Below, piece after piece: positions 46,401 through 55,770 of a stretch of DNA of 64,000 bases (within the stretch, counting starts at the first letter, position 1; each line of letters begins with the position of its first letter). The DNA is from a virus: the IMG/VR virus record IMGVR_UViG_3300046170_000494, positions 32,001 to 96,000 of that record. One strand, written 5' to 3'. The position numbers were made by a program, and so were the translations under genes. The notes beneath the pieces are model-generated. The model ran no database searches, had not been told where the DNA came from, and worked only from the letters and a program-made list of their open reading frames with translations.

Positions 46401-47482
46401 TTATGATCTTTGCCAAGTATGGCGTCAGGTATGTCAATCTGACTGGCCAGAGGCACCATTGATTTGACGTCTTCAAGCTGACCGATTCTGCTGGTCACAG
46501 CATCATGGCCATGATACAAAGCTCGCCCGTTCTCGATGTGCCACCGTAAACTGTTTGCGCTGTCTGCGTGAGTGAAGTACGATTTTTGTTGTTGTGTGCC
46601 GTCCGCGTCGTGGTTGTATCTTATCATCCGCAAATCGCTACTGGCATCTCCGTAGTCTTCATTTAAGTACTCTATATAACTAGATGTGACTCTTTTGAGA
46701 CTCAGTAAATATGGGTCATTACTAGAATCATGCGGGATGACAATTTGATCAGGTAGTTCTGTATAGAAATCGGTTACAGCGTTTTTGATTACGCTCAGGC
46801 TTCCGGCTCCGCTGGTGCCACTCTTTTGTCCATGGAATATGGCACGTCCATTGTCAATATACCAACGCAAGGATCCTGCAGATGTGAAAGATATATCGCT
46901 ATCCACAGTGCCAGATGCATCATTGTTGAAAATTATTCTATAATCATAAGTCGATGCGTCGCCAAAATCTTCGTATCGATATCCTATCTTCGTTCCGATA
47001 AAATGCAATGTTAATACGTACTCTGCTCCGCCCTGGTCATGTATAATCGCGTCTGGTAATTTACCATCAAAATTGCTGGCAGCTTGCATGTGACTGTTGT
47101 CACCAACCCCTCCATTAGGTGGCGCTGTTTTGATTTGTTCTATAGCGTCACCTGAAGAGTTGACTCGTAAGTAACCGCCGGCTTCAAAAGCATTAGGAGT
47201 ATCAGTGAGGCTAATAAAGTTGGTTGAAATAGAGATATCTGAAAACTCTAAAGCGTTACCTTCTGCATTTACTTTTAAATATTTTTCAGCTTGAAAGGCT
47301 CCAGGAGTATCAGTTAAACTAATGAAATCTGATGTTAATGCGGATGCTTGATTATCTACATTTCCTTGGTTGTCTATTTTATTTGTAGCTAATTTACCAT
47401 CTTGAGATACAGATAATAGTATTCCTTCTTCGGAGTCTTCGGCAACTATTTTGACAGAATTAGCATTGACAGTTCTTGTCAT
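43475..47482 (-). CDS. large modular tail fibre/adhesin
   Basis: 1335 aa; repeated LTDTP..., LxDVD and LPD...NGxAxYHG modules; C-terminal KAWGTFDG tip domain. Confidence 0.85.
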   Translation of the reverse strand: MTRTVNANSVKIVAEDSEEGILLSVSQDGKLATNKIDNQGNVDNQASALTSDFISLTDTPGAFQAEKYLKVNAEGNALEFSDISISTNFISLTDTPNAFEAGGYLRVNSSGDAIEQIKTAPPNGGVGDNSHMQAASNFDGKLPDAIIHDQGGAEYVLTLHFIGTKIGYRYEDFGDASTYDYRIIFNNDASGTVDSDISFTSAGSLRWYIDNGRAIFHGQKSGTSGAGSLSVIKNAVTDFYTELPDQIVIPHDSSNDPYLLSLKRVTSSYIEYLNEDYGDASSDLRMIRYNHDADGTQQQKSYFTHADSANSLRWHIENGRALYHGHDAVTSRIGQLEDVKSMVPLASQIDIPDAILGKDHNGNLRLFKFTQARADRFDYQSNSHSGNYLFAFNNTTGVWTGGSHAVNVTKEHDDIQGYIAAGRALFYGRTGSNLDQLVDHIDDLSDVDTTTNAPSAGQVLVYDDTDDKWKPGTQSNEFVDLTDTPATLDAGSYLRVNTTGDAIEQIKTAPPDGGLGDNSLIQSYGQFDGKLPDQLIDRLNSSIVRVLDLYYINDTGIYYVYKNGNGFIKFGAKGIGIETESIGGSPQYTSIQEYIDNKQAVFHGQKSGTSGAGSLSVIKNASDFYTDLPDAIVHEHNGAQFILNIAHIETDYVCYRFEDLGDGSTQDRRIYFSNDADGTPNTTLTIFFTALGNLRWYVENGRALYHGHTDNTGSAGTHPEIQNTSNFEGMIPDGIIIKRASVGGVFNYQFNYLEPNYIYFTHWTDSSGSSSYYVRCNNDATGSGLVTQGPSASQYTTPNGETTLKQLIDNGNVVYHGGRSVDSGGGGASSVEQLTDVDVTTTPPSDGQVLVYDDTNSKWRPGAQSNEFVDLTDTPATLDAGSYFRVNSAGDAIEQIKTAPPDGGAGGNSLVQSTSNFAGKLPDSIVIYHGGGPAFATLYAVTTSQIQYISWTQNSNPYYTTFNNDLTGTGGVQHGNGWSFIDSVNVLQQIIDNGHAVYHGQKSGTSGVGSLNHLKTLVSGSPNGGFYTELPDAIFCDSTGPGYAGVFRLHWIKPNTTAGGTVWEIIYRIEYFGSGDYSLHFLADADGSNVTPSNDGASSDMANNNLRWFIENGHAIYNGGYNESNVVSARIGADGTVLSSNYDWIQSVTTVGVSAGSYAIQFKPGHFTSTPMINVSADIADGVSYVLVNYNNLTKDSMNVVTMRNNDSTTVAAEFCIMAQHQDRPIGLAAPQYGIKAWGTFDGTQGSNTITGHTGGNVASIVRVSTGIYKVTFINPMPHADYSVSGSSNPSGYGGAYFGVEHYTYPVTTTDFHIEIRTAANGMTNSNRISFQVVY

Positions 47483-47487
47483 GCTAT

Positions 47488-48888
47488 TTATTTTTCAGGT
47501 TTTTCGTGAGTATACCCCATTTTTTTCATTTTGAGGTGATCTTCTAAAGTTTTTGCTTTATAGCCTTTTCCTGTTTTTGGGTCATACATAATATGTGGTT
47601 CAAAATCTTCTTTGGCATAATCTTTTTTGATTTTTTTAGATTGTGCTTTTTTAATTGCTTCTTTTGAAGGATAGTCTTTATCTCCTGGTTTTGCGGCTTT
47701 ATAGTTTTTGCCCATTCTTTTTTTCTTTTTTTGAATGTTTTCCCAAAGACCTGCGTCAGAAGTTCCTCCTTGTTTTTTAAGGATTGCATCTTGTAGAGGC
47801 TTAGGTAATTTTTTTTGCTTTTCGGTTAAACCAGCTTCTCCTTTTTCATATAAAGAGCTTTTCATTTTATCGTATTGCATAGCGCATGTAGCATATGTTT
47901 TATCTTTATCCATTCCAGCTGTATTTACTAAATCTTTATCATAACTTGCGCAATGATCCATAAATGGTTTTTTCATGTAATCTTCAGTAGCTTCAGAAGA
48001 TTCTTCAGGCTCTTCCAAGTTTTCTTCTTCTCCTTTGGTTAATTTAGTAACACTTTTTTTACTCCACATTTTACAACTCCAATAACGAGCTTTTGTTTTT
48101 GGGCCAGGATTAGAACAATTATGACGAGCTCTAAAATTTTTGCGACGACCAGGGTCATCACGTTTTATTTCCATATTTGGGTCACCGAAATTTACTTTAA
48201 CGACATTACCTTTTTCATTTTTAACATAAACAGAAAACTTTTTTGGCCCTTTTGGCGTTCTGAAAGGTTTGTTTAGTTTTTTTCCTTTATTAGCTTCTGC
48301 TGCCCAACTTTCCTCGCTAACATATTCTTCGAAACCTAATTCATCAACATCAATAAAAATTGTACTCCACATTTCATCTGTAAACTCTGGGTCTTCTTGT
48401 AGCTGATGATTATAAATATCTAACTTTGCTTGAATAAAATCTTCTTCTGTAAAAAAGTTTTCTTCTCTTATGCCATCATCGATAAGAACATTTGCAGAAG
48501 CTTTTGCGATATCTTGATCTGCTTTTCTGTATGAATCTTTAACTTTGCCTCCTCTAACCATTTTTAAGAATGTATTCACTCGAGCCATAGCCCATTGACC
48601 TCTACTTTTGCCTGGTCTATGGCTAGAAGAAAATGCTCCTGCGCCTCTGCGATAAACTTTCTTTAATTGAGAAAGGGTAACCTTTTTGCTGTATTTAGAA
48701 TTATGTTCTTTTACCTTAGATTTTAGGGACTCTAGAACTTTTTCTGAAAAGGTAATTTTTCCGCCTTTTCCTCCTGCGCTCCCTGGCTTATTTTTATCTG
48801 AGCCTTTGCGTTTTTCTGATTTTTTTGCGGGTGTTTGCGCTGAACTCTTTGGTCCAGGACGTTTAGCTGAGTGAGATTCATTTTCCAT
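47488..48888 (-). CDS. basic multi-module phage protein
   Basis: LKKVYRRGAGAFSSSHRP..WAMARVN; LNKPFR..KKFSVYVKN..VNFGDPNM..RARHNC..ARYWSC; GLWENI..PGDKDYP. I recognise these modules from phage head-associated hypothetical proteins. Confidence 0.65.
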   Translation of the reverse strand: MENESHSAKRPGPKSSAQTPAKKSEKRKGSDKNKPGSAGGKGGKITFSEKVLESLKSKVKEHNSKYSKKVTLSQLKKVYRRGAGAFSSSHRPGKSRGQWAMARVNTFLKMVRGGKVKDSYRKADQDIAKASANVLIDDGIREENFFTEEDFIQAKLDIYNHQLQEDPEFTDEMWSTIFIDVDELGFEEYVSEESWAAEANKGKKLNKPFRTPKGPKKFSVYVKNEKGNVVKVNFGDPNMEIKRDDPGRRKNFRARHNCSNPGPKTKARYWSCKMWSKKSVTKLTKGEEENLEEPEESSEATEDYMKKPFMDHCASYDKDLVNTAGMDKDKTYATCAMQYDKMKSSLYEKGEAGLTEKQKKLPKPLQDAILKKQGGTSDAGLWENIQKKKKRMGKNYKAAKPGDKDYPSKEAIKKAQSKKIKKDYAKEDFEPHIMYDPKTGKGYKAKTLEDHLKMKKMGYTHEKPEK

Positions 48889-48890
48889 AG

Positions 48891-49925
48891 TTATTTATTA
48901 CACAATAAATTGTAATCATTATCGTACATTTTTTGAACTAATTTTTTAAAATTTGTTTTTCTTTTCCAACCCAATTCTTTTTCAGCTAAAGATGGATCTC
49001 CGCATAGTTTATGAACTTCTGCAGGTCGGTAGAATTTAGGGTTTACCTCAAAAATTAATTGACCATCTAAAGTATAATATTTTTCATTATCTTCAGATCC
49101 AGAAGATTTAAATTGAATTCCTGCACATTTTAAGGTTTCATTTAAAAACTCTCTCACGGTATGCATTTCACCGCTGCCTAGAACATAATTTTTAGGTTTT
49201 TCTTGATTAAGCATGAGCCAAACGCCTTCCATGAAATCTTCTGCGTCGCTCCAATCTCTTTTAGCTTCTAGGTTTCCGAGTTTTAAAACAGGTATTTGTT
49301 TTTTGTCTTCTATAGCTAATTTTATTCTGGCTACCGTATGGCTAATTTTTCTTGTTACAAAATCCAAGCCTCTTCTTGATCCTTCATGATTAAATAGCCA
49401 ACCTTGAACTGCGTACAAGTTGTAAGATTCCCTGTAAACCCTGACAATATGTCTAGCTGCGCATTTCGCGGCGCCATATGGGCTTTGCGGTCTGAGGGGA
49501 TGGTTTTCGTCTTGAGGAGAGAAAACAACGTCACCAAATTCTTCACTGCTTCCAGCATTGTAAAATCTACAGTGAGGAGAAAACCTTCTAATTGATTCTA
49601 AAATATGTAGCACTGCATTAGAATCTGTTTCCCACGTTTGTATTGGATAATTCCAACTCCCAGCTACAAAAGATTGTGCAGCAAAATTTATGAAAAAATC
49701 TGGCTGTAAATCAATCACTATATCGCGAATACTATGTGCGTCGTTTAAATCCATATCAATTAGCTCAAATCGCGATTCATTTTCTAGATGTAAAATATTT
49801 TCATGGTTTTTCACGCTTAAGCGTCGCGCTGTACCGTATATTTTATAATTTGTATTTTTTAAAAGATAGTCAATCATGTGACTACCATCTTGACCTGTTA
49901 CTCCTGTTACTATAATTTTTTTCAT
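48891..49925 (-). CDS. gmd: GDP-mannose 4,6-dehydratase
   Basis: TGVTGQDGSH, PQSPYGAAK, LFNHE, FVTRKI, LGNLEAKRDW. Confidence 0.93.
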   Translation of the reverse strand: MKKIIVTGVTGQDGSHMIDYLLKNTNYKIYGTARRLSVKNHENILHLENESRFELIDMDLNDAHSIRDIVIDLQPDFFINFAAQSFVAGSWNYPIQTWETDSNAVLHILESIRRFSPHCRFYNAGSSEEFGDVVFSPQDENHPLRPQSPYGAAKCAARHIVRVYRESYNLYAVQGWLFNHEGSRRGLDFVTRKISHTVARIKLAIEDKKQIPVLKLGNLEAKRDWSDAEDFMEGVWLMLNQEKPKNYVLGSGEMHTVREFLNETLKCAGIQFKSSGSEDNEKYYTLDGQLIFEVNPKFYRPAEVHKLCGDPSLAEKELGWKRKTNFKKLVQKMYDNDYNLLCNK

Positions 49926-50317
49926 TTTAACATTAAAATTGAATTAATTGTATTTTCCGTCATCGGTGTCGGTAAAGAATTTTCTTCTATATTATAATAT
50001 CCCCATTCATCATGTTCAAAAAAATCTTTTGCATTTTCATTTGGAAAAATTAAGTCTCCTAATTCAGAATGAAAAACTGCAAATTTATCCGTTCCACCCA
50101 TATCATAAGATGATAAAAACTTTGTGTTTTCTTTATCAAGGGTAATAAGGGTTTCTTCATAAACTTCTCTAATTGCAGCTAGTTTTGGGTCTTCGTTTGA
50201 TTCTATCATTCCGCAAGGCATTGACCAGTGCTCTGCGAAGTTATGACAAATATGGCTGCGCCGACCCAAAAGCACTAAATTATTAAAAGTTAACAATACT
50301 CCTGCTGCTTTATACAT
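49922..50317 (-). CDS. NUDIX hydrolase
   Basis: GMIESNEDPKLAAIREVYEET Nudix box. Confidence 0.9.
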   Translation of the reverse strand: MYKAAGVLLTFNNLVLLGRRSHICHNFAEHWSMPCGMIESNEDPKLAAIREVYEETLITLDKENTKFLSSYDMGGTDKFAVFHSELGDLIFPNENAKDFFEHDEWGYYNIEENSLPTPMTENTINSILMLK

Positions 50318-51389
50318 CTAAGAAATCATCTAGTTTTTCTTTTTTTTGCCAATGAGGACACCCATCGTAATTCATTTTTACTATTTTATCTCCATCTTCC
50401 GGCTCAAGCTCGTGTTTGCAATCAATGAATGCACTTTTCTTAATTTTACCTTCGGAATCTTTTAATACATAATATTCCATAGGTTTGCGGTATGGACAAA
50501 TAAAGGCTTTTATTGGTTCTCCATTTTTATCCAAAACGGGTTGACCTCTTGACATTTTATAACCATCTTTTCCGCAAGCTAAAGGCCCTCCAAAAGTTCC
50601 ATCTCTTGGAAAATCTTGCTTAGCTGCAAGGTTGCTAATTGCAGCGGACTCATCAAAATTATCTAAATATTCTTGAAATTGCGTTAATTGATACTCAAAA
50701 CCTTCGAGTTCTTCGGGCGTAATTTTGTCCATGCGTAAATAACCTTTTCCATAATTACCTAAAAGATCTTTATCTAGGTCAAATCTCAAAAATAAAAACT
50801 CACTCTGAGGGTCTGTTTCTGGCATAAGGTGTTTTACCGCTAAGCAATATATTAAGTTCTGTAAATTATCTGTTACCTCTTTACCTTTAAAAACTGACTT
50901 GCTACTTTTAAAATCTCGAATAATGACCGAATTGTCTTTATATACAAAAAGTTTATCTATATATCCACGAATTGCATACCTAATACCTTGCTCTTCTTTA
51001 TGTATCTCTAAATCAAAAAATTGTTCTGACTCTGCTTTTACAGGCTTTTCTTTGCTATCTCCAAAAAAATCACATCGTAAGCCATTAACTATCATTTCAT
51101 CTATCAATTCAAGATTCTCTGCATCGTTTACAGAAAGCTCTTCGGCTTCTTTTTTAACTTGTGTCGCTACAACTTCTGTATTCCAGATAGTTCCCTCTTT
51201 TACTATTTTATTAAATTCTCTTTTATGTTTATCGCCTAATAGTTCAAATACATTATGACAAATAGTTCCCCGACTTGACCCATCATTTCCGGAATCTGGA
51301 AGCTTGAGCTTGTAATTGCACCAATAAGTCCAACTGCAGGTTTGCGCAGTTTTTATTCTGCTTGCGGATAATTTAGTTAACTCACTCAT
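50310..51389 (-). CDS. PD-(D/E)XK exonuclease (RecB/AddB/Cas4-like)
   Basis: LSASRI, GTICH, GYIDKL, DFKS, QNLIY; N- and C-terminal cysteines. Confidence 0.85.
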   Translation of the reverse strand: MSELTKLSASRIKTAQTCSWTYWCNYKLKLPDSGNDGSSRGTICHNVFELLGDKHKREFNKIVKEGTIWNTEVVATQVKKEAEELSVNDAENLELIDEMIVNGLRCDFFGDSKEKPVKAESEQFFDLEIHKEEQGIRYAIRGYIDKLFVYKDNSVIIRDFKSSKSVFKGKEVTDNLQNLIYCLAVKHLMPETDPQSEFLFLRFDLDKDLLGNYGKGYLRMDKITPEELEGFEYQLTQFQEYLDNFDESAAISNLAAKQDFPRDGTFGGPLACGKDGYKMSRGQPVLDKNGEPIKAFICPYRKPMEYYVLKDSEGKIKKSAFIDCKHELEPEDGDKIVKMNYDGCPHWQKKEKLDDFLDV

Positions 51390-52419
51390 TGGCTATAATT
51401 TTTTTATTTTTTAATAAAGTTTTAGGCAATGATTTATGTATTTGATTTATCTTTTCTATAATGAAAGATCTTTGTTTTTCTGGTTTAGTAGATTGTAACT
51501 TTTCGCTCCATAATTTAAAGTCTGATTGAGACATTTCTCCGAAGTCTTTTTTATTTGGTAGACATATTGAAATTTGATTTGGGTCATAATAATTAAGCAG
51601 TTTTAAATAATTTTTAATACTTGCATTTAATCCGCGATTCTCTGATGAATGTTGATCGTTGTTTAAGGATATAATTATATTGGAAACATTAAGAGCTAAT
51701 GTAGAGCATATGAGTTTTGAAGATATATCTAGTCCGAAAGTGACTAAAACATTTTTATATCCATTTTCATTTAAATTAAGCATATCTCCAATACTCTCCA
51801 CAAAAATTACCGATTGAGAATCATTGATGCTTTGCCGAACTTCTTCGCTTGCGTATAATGGATATATCCAACCTTTCTTTTTGCCTATATGTTTCCATTT
51901 TGGGCGCCCTTCAAGGTTAGACATGTCTCTGCCAGAGAAACCATGTATTTGATTATGCTCATTGTAAATTGGGAAAACAAATCTTTTATTTAATTTACCG
52001 CTAGTTGCGAATCCGCCTTTTAATGATTTTAATACTTCTGTAGAAATACCTTTATCATTATAGAATTTATAATGTGGTAATAATTTTTTAAGACAATCCT
52101 CTGGGTATATTTCTTCCATTTCTAATTTCTCCGAAAAAGTTAATCTATTATAGTTTGCGCCAATATCTTCTTCATCAACATATTGCTTGATTTGTTTTGG
52201 GTCGTTTGTACCTAAAGTTATTTCGACTAGACGTTTGAATGGAGAGAAGGCGCTGTTTTGCACGTGGTCTTTCCATACTCCTGTGTTTTTGTATATTTGT
52301 ATTGCAGTTTTATTATCTCCATTCCTGAAGACTGCATTGGTTTGCCAATAAGCTCCTCTATCTGAAAGTTTATAACCTAAACTTAGCAAAGACTCCTTGA
52401 GTTTTTCTTGAGATATCAT
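51382..52419 (-). CDS. dnaG: DnaG-type primase (TOPRIM)
   Basis: FPIYNE..GFSGR, KWKH, FVESIGD, LNND, KDFGE; overlaps dnaB. Confidence 0.85.
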   Translation of the reverse strand: MISQEKLKESLLSLGYKLSDRGAYWQTNAVFRNGDNKTAIQIYKNTGVWKDHVQNSAFSPFKRLVEITLGTNDPKQIKQYVDEEDIGANYNRLTFSEKLEMEEIYPEDCLKKLLPHYKFYNDKGISTEVLKSLKGGFATSGKLNKRFVFPIYNEHNQIHGFSGRDMSNLEGRPKWKHIGKKKGWIYPLYASEEVRQSINDSQSVIFVESIGDMLNLNENGYKNVLVTFGLDISSKLICSTLALNVSNIIISLNNDQHSSENRGLNASIKNYLKLLNYYDPNQISICLPNKKDFGEMSQSDFKLWSEKLQSTKPEKQRSFIIEKINQIHKSLPKTLLKNKKIIANE

Positions 52420-53933
52420 TAGATGTTTGGAAGTTCCTCTAAGAACCCTTCTACCGCCTCAACTCCTTCGGAATCCATATGGTCGACTAAGTCTTGTAGA
52501 TCGCCCCGTTCTTCTAGGGCAAAATTTTCCATATGTAAGTTGATGTAGTTTTTTCTTTTGCTTCCGTCTGGCATTTCCACGGGCTGCAATGCTCTATGCA
52601 CATCTTTACCTAGCCACCTGTATTTCAAACAAATTAACTTATGAGTACCAAAACCTTCGGGTTCGGATTGAATTTCATCCATTGTTTTTTGCCTTAATAG
52701 AAACAGGTGAGAACAGAATTGTGTGATTTGGTCCGATAAAGAAACTATGCTTTCGTCATCAACCACGTTTTCGGCGCTGCGATTATTTGTAATACCAAGC
52801 CTGTTGCTTTGAACACTCGTTAACATCGCAACTGTCGGGGCATCATTAAAGCATAATTCTTTTTGAATTAACTGTTTGAACTTATCAACCATTCTACCAA
52901 CGGTCTCCCATGAACTTGCGCCATTTTGTCTTTCGTATGTAGTTTTAATATAATCAAAGCTGAAGATCATTTTATTCCCACGACCTATCTCTGAGTAATA
53001 GAATCTGCGAATAATATTTAACATACTATCGATACTATGACCTGCGACATTATAATAATAAAATTTTAAGTTTTTTATCTTATTCCAAGTTTGCCTGACT
53101 TTATTGACAACCTCTTCTCCTGCCTGCCTCCATCTCCCTGTCTCAAGTAAATGCATTGGAACTCCAGAAATTGCTGAGCATTGACGAATGATTAATTCCT
53201 CCTTACTCATTTCTCCATTATCGAAGTGAAGAACTGGTGTATTGTTGTTTATAGCTGAAACCTTCGTGCAGAAATCCATACAGAATTGAGTTTTACCTAC
53301 TCCAGCTCTAGCGACAACAACAGTTATGTTTCCTGGCCTGAGTAATGAGCCATATAATTCATTGACTCTTTGATGTGGCCCCATTAGCCCAAATTCATCA
53401 ATAGGATTATTACCTCTGTCTTCAATAAAGTCTTCCATTTCTTCAAAAAGATTCTCGGGTTTAATTGAACCGATTTCATAAAGGTTAACTTTGTCATTAT
53501 ATATTTTATCAGCTTCACTAACTATATCGTCAAATGATGCACTGCTCGATAGTGATTTCATATTTTTAGCCACCTCTAAAGAAGAGTCGTGTATTTCTCT
53601 CCTAACTGTAATTTTCTTTAATTCTTGAGCGGCTTTAATTACCCCATCTTTCGATATTTGGCGCATAGATAATGCTTTTATGTAATCCGAAACATTGATA
53701 TTATCCTCGAAAGATATATTTAACGATTTAACTCTTTGCGTTAAGATGACTTCGTCTAAGGCTTCTCCTTTCTCTAAGCTTTGCCTCAGGATACAGAATA
53801 TTGTCTTATTTACTATAGTATTTTTATTAAAAAAATCTTTATCATCTATAAAAGATGCTATTAAAGGATAGCTTTCTGGAAACTTAATTAGTCCCGCTAT
53901 TAAATGTTGCTCTAGTTCATATGAATATACCAT
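52419..53933 (-). CDS. dnaB: replicative DnaB helicase
   Basis: ARAGVGKT, FDNGEM, FDYIK, QSNR; promoter TTGACT(53963-68)-N17-TACCAT(53940-45) ends 7 nt before the ATG. Confidence 0.92.
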   Translation of the reverse strand: MVYSYELEQHLIAGLIKFPESYPLIASFIDDKDFFNKNTIVNKTIFCILRQSLEKGEALDEVILTQRVKSLNISFEDNINVSDYIKALSMRQISKDGVIKAAQELKKITVRREIHDSSLEVAKNMKSLSSSASFDDIVSEADKIYNDKVNLYEIGSIKPENLFEEMEDFIEDRGNNPIDEFGLMGPHQRVNELYGSLLRPGNITVVVARAGVGKTQFCMDFCTKVSAINNNTPVLHFDNGEMSKEELIIRQCSAISGVPMHLLETGRWRQAGEEVVNKVRQTWNKIKNLKFYYYNVAGHSIDSMLNIIRRFYYSEIGRGNKMIFSFDYIKTTYERQNGASSWETVGRMVDKFKQLIQKELCFNDAPTVAMLTSVQSNRLGITNNRSAENVVDDESIVSLSDQITQFCSHLFLLRQKTMDEIQSEPEGFGTHKLICLKYRWLGKDVHRALQPVEMPDGSKRKNYINLHMENFALEERGDLQDLVDHMDSEGVEAVEGFLEELPNI

Positions 53934-53964
53934 GTTTGTATGGTATCATATGTATAGAATATAG

Positions 53965-54246
53965 TCAAGTAATTTCTTCGTCGCCAAAATCATTTAGAGA
54001 ATCTAAATGCATTTCTTGGGTGGCGACTTGTTCTAGGTATTGTTCTAGGGCTTGCCTTAATCCCATTTCTATTATTGGAGAATTAGCTTTTGTTATAATT
54101 GATGGAAGTCCGTCTTGATTCACGAATGCTAATATAAATCCACTATCTCCTCCTGTGGAACCCGTAAATTCAAATAGTTGGCTAATAATATTTTCAGGCA
54201 AATTGAATCTTTCCAGATTTTCTGGGTCGATGTTATCTTCGTTCAT
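53965..54246 (-). CDS. hypothetical protein
   Basis: 93 aa; GTGTA 14 nt upstream. Confidence 0.65.
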   Translation of the reverse strand: MNEDNIDPENLERFNLPENIISQLFEFTGSTGGDSGFILAFVNQDGLPSIITKANSPIIEMGLRQALEQYLEQVATQEMHLDSLNDFGDEEIT

Positions 54247-54263
54247 AAATTATATTACACACA

Positions 54264-54674
54264 TTAAAGATTAACTCCAAAGTTTTCGAATAGTTTTTCA
54301 TTTAATTTATCTTCTTCGTATATTTCAATTAACTGAATGTCGTTTAATTCGCAAAATTTAAGTTTATCTTGATCTCTTTTTAATTGATTGATGTAATTAA
54401 TCTTATTCTTTCCATGAAAGAAGGGAACATATTTTGTATGCTGTTTTCCTTGCACCTCAACTGCGACCCTTTTATTTGCATTATAAAAATCTAAGGAGAG
54501 TTTTGTGCCTGCAACCGGAAATTCTTCAAATACAATATGATTGCTCCAATATTCTTTTAGAAACTGCTTGGTCTTGTATTGTATTTTACTTCGACTTGGT
54601 CCATCCCAGTTAATTAAATAATTCTTAGCTTTTTTAACAGTTCTGGTTGCTCCAAATAAAGTCTTAAAGCGCAT
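54264..54674 (-). CDS. Vsr/DUF559-like endonuclease
   Basis: EEFPV..LDFY..AVEVQGKQH..RDQDK..GIQLIEI-like pattern. Confidence 0.75.
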   Translation of the reverse strand: MRFKTLFGATRTVKKAKNYLINWDGPSRSKIQYKTKQFLKEYWSNHIVFEEFPVAGTKLSLDFYNANKRVAVEVQGKQHTKYVPFFHGKNKINYINQLKRDQDKLKFCELNDIQLIEIYEEDKLNEKLFENFGVNL

Positions 54675-55770
54675 TAGTCAAATTTTTGAAATCTTGATAC
54701 AGGAAATCCGAAAGCTTTTCGTTTTCTTCTAGATAATCAATTAATCTCTGTTCTCCTTGGAATTTTTCATTTATTTCTAGCTTTTTATCAGAAAGCTCTT
54801 TAATTAAATCTTCCGAAACAGATATCCATGCACCTTTCTTTTCTATTAAATTAAAAAGGTATAACATGTCAAGAATTTCTCTAGCTCTCCATACTGACTT
54901 TCCGTCTTTTTGCCCGTATTTAATTGGATACCTTACTGAAGATCCAGTTTTTTCATTTACACTTTTCCTGAATTTAATCTTACAGTAATGCCCTATAGGC
55001 TCACCTTTATCATCTAATTTTGTTGCGGTTGGGTTTTTGAAAATTAAATCAGAAGTATAGCGCTCTTCAAATTCAAGAATAAAGTTAGCATAATGCTTGA
55101 TTGCATTACCTCCTGCTTGCTTAACTTTTGGACCTCCTCTAGATGCGTAGGGATTGGTTGCGACTTCAACTCTAACTTGGCTAGTTAAAATCATTGTATG
55201 GCCCATTTTTGTTATAGGTAAAACCATTTTCTTTAAAAATACAGAAGTTATTAATGCTCCTCCTGCAACTTGTTCCGATTCTGCGAAAGGCTTGTCAATA
55301 TCATTTACTCTGCATAATGCATCGACACTATCGATTATGAACATATACTTTTTATTGTGTTCATTGTGAAAAACTAATTCTCTTATTAATTCAAAGACTT
55401 TTTCAAACACGTTGCAATCAAAAACGAAAAATTTTTCAGGGTTAGTGTCTATACCTGATCTTTCAATCATTTCGGGACTAAATCTACCCTCGCTTTTGAT
55501 ATAAATTATCATACCTTCTTTTTTAAACATTTTTTGGAAGTTTTTAGCGAAAGCCATGGCGCAGCTAGTTTTACCTCCTTCGTTGATTCCTGTAAATCTA
55601 TGAGCTCCGCCAGGCAGGCCTCCACCTAGGGCTATGTCGAGATTTAAGCTTCCACTTGGAATTTTGTACTCTTCGCTTTCGTGAAAATTGTAATGATATT
55701 TTTGATTATCTTTATCTGATAAAAATTTAGATATTTGGTCTGTAGTTTTAATTTCTTTAGTTTTACTCAT
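54664..55770 (-). CDS. recA: RecA/UvsX recombinase
   Basis: IPSGSLNLDIALGGG, GGKTS, IIDSVDAL, QVR, GGNAIKHYA. Confidence 0.92.
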   Translation of the reverse strand: MSKTKEIKTTDQISKFLSDKDNQKYHYNFHESEEYKIPSGSLNLDIALGGGLPGGAHRFTGINEGGKTSCAMAFAKNFQKMFKKEGMIIYIKSEGRFSPEMIERSGIDTNPEKFFVFDCNVFEKVFELIRELVFHNEHNKKYMFIIDSVDALCRVNDIDKPFAESEQVAGGALITSVFLKKMVLPITKMGHTMILTSQVRVEVATNPYASRGGPKVKQAGGNAIKHYANFILEFEERYTSDLIFKNPTATKLDDKGEPIGHYCKIKFRKSVNEKTGSSVRYPIKYGQKDGKSVWRAREILDMLYLFNLIEKKGAWISVSEDLIKELSDKKLEINEKFQGEQRLIDYLEENEKLSDFLYQDFKNLTNAL

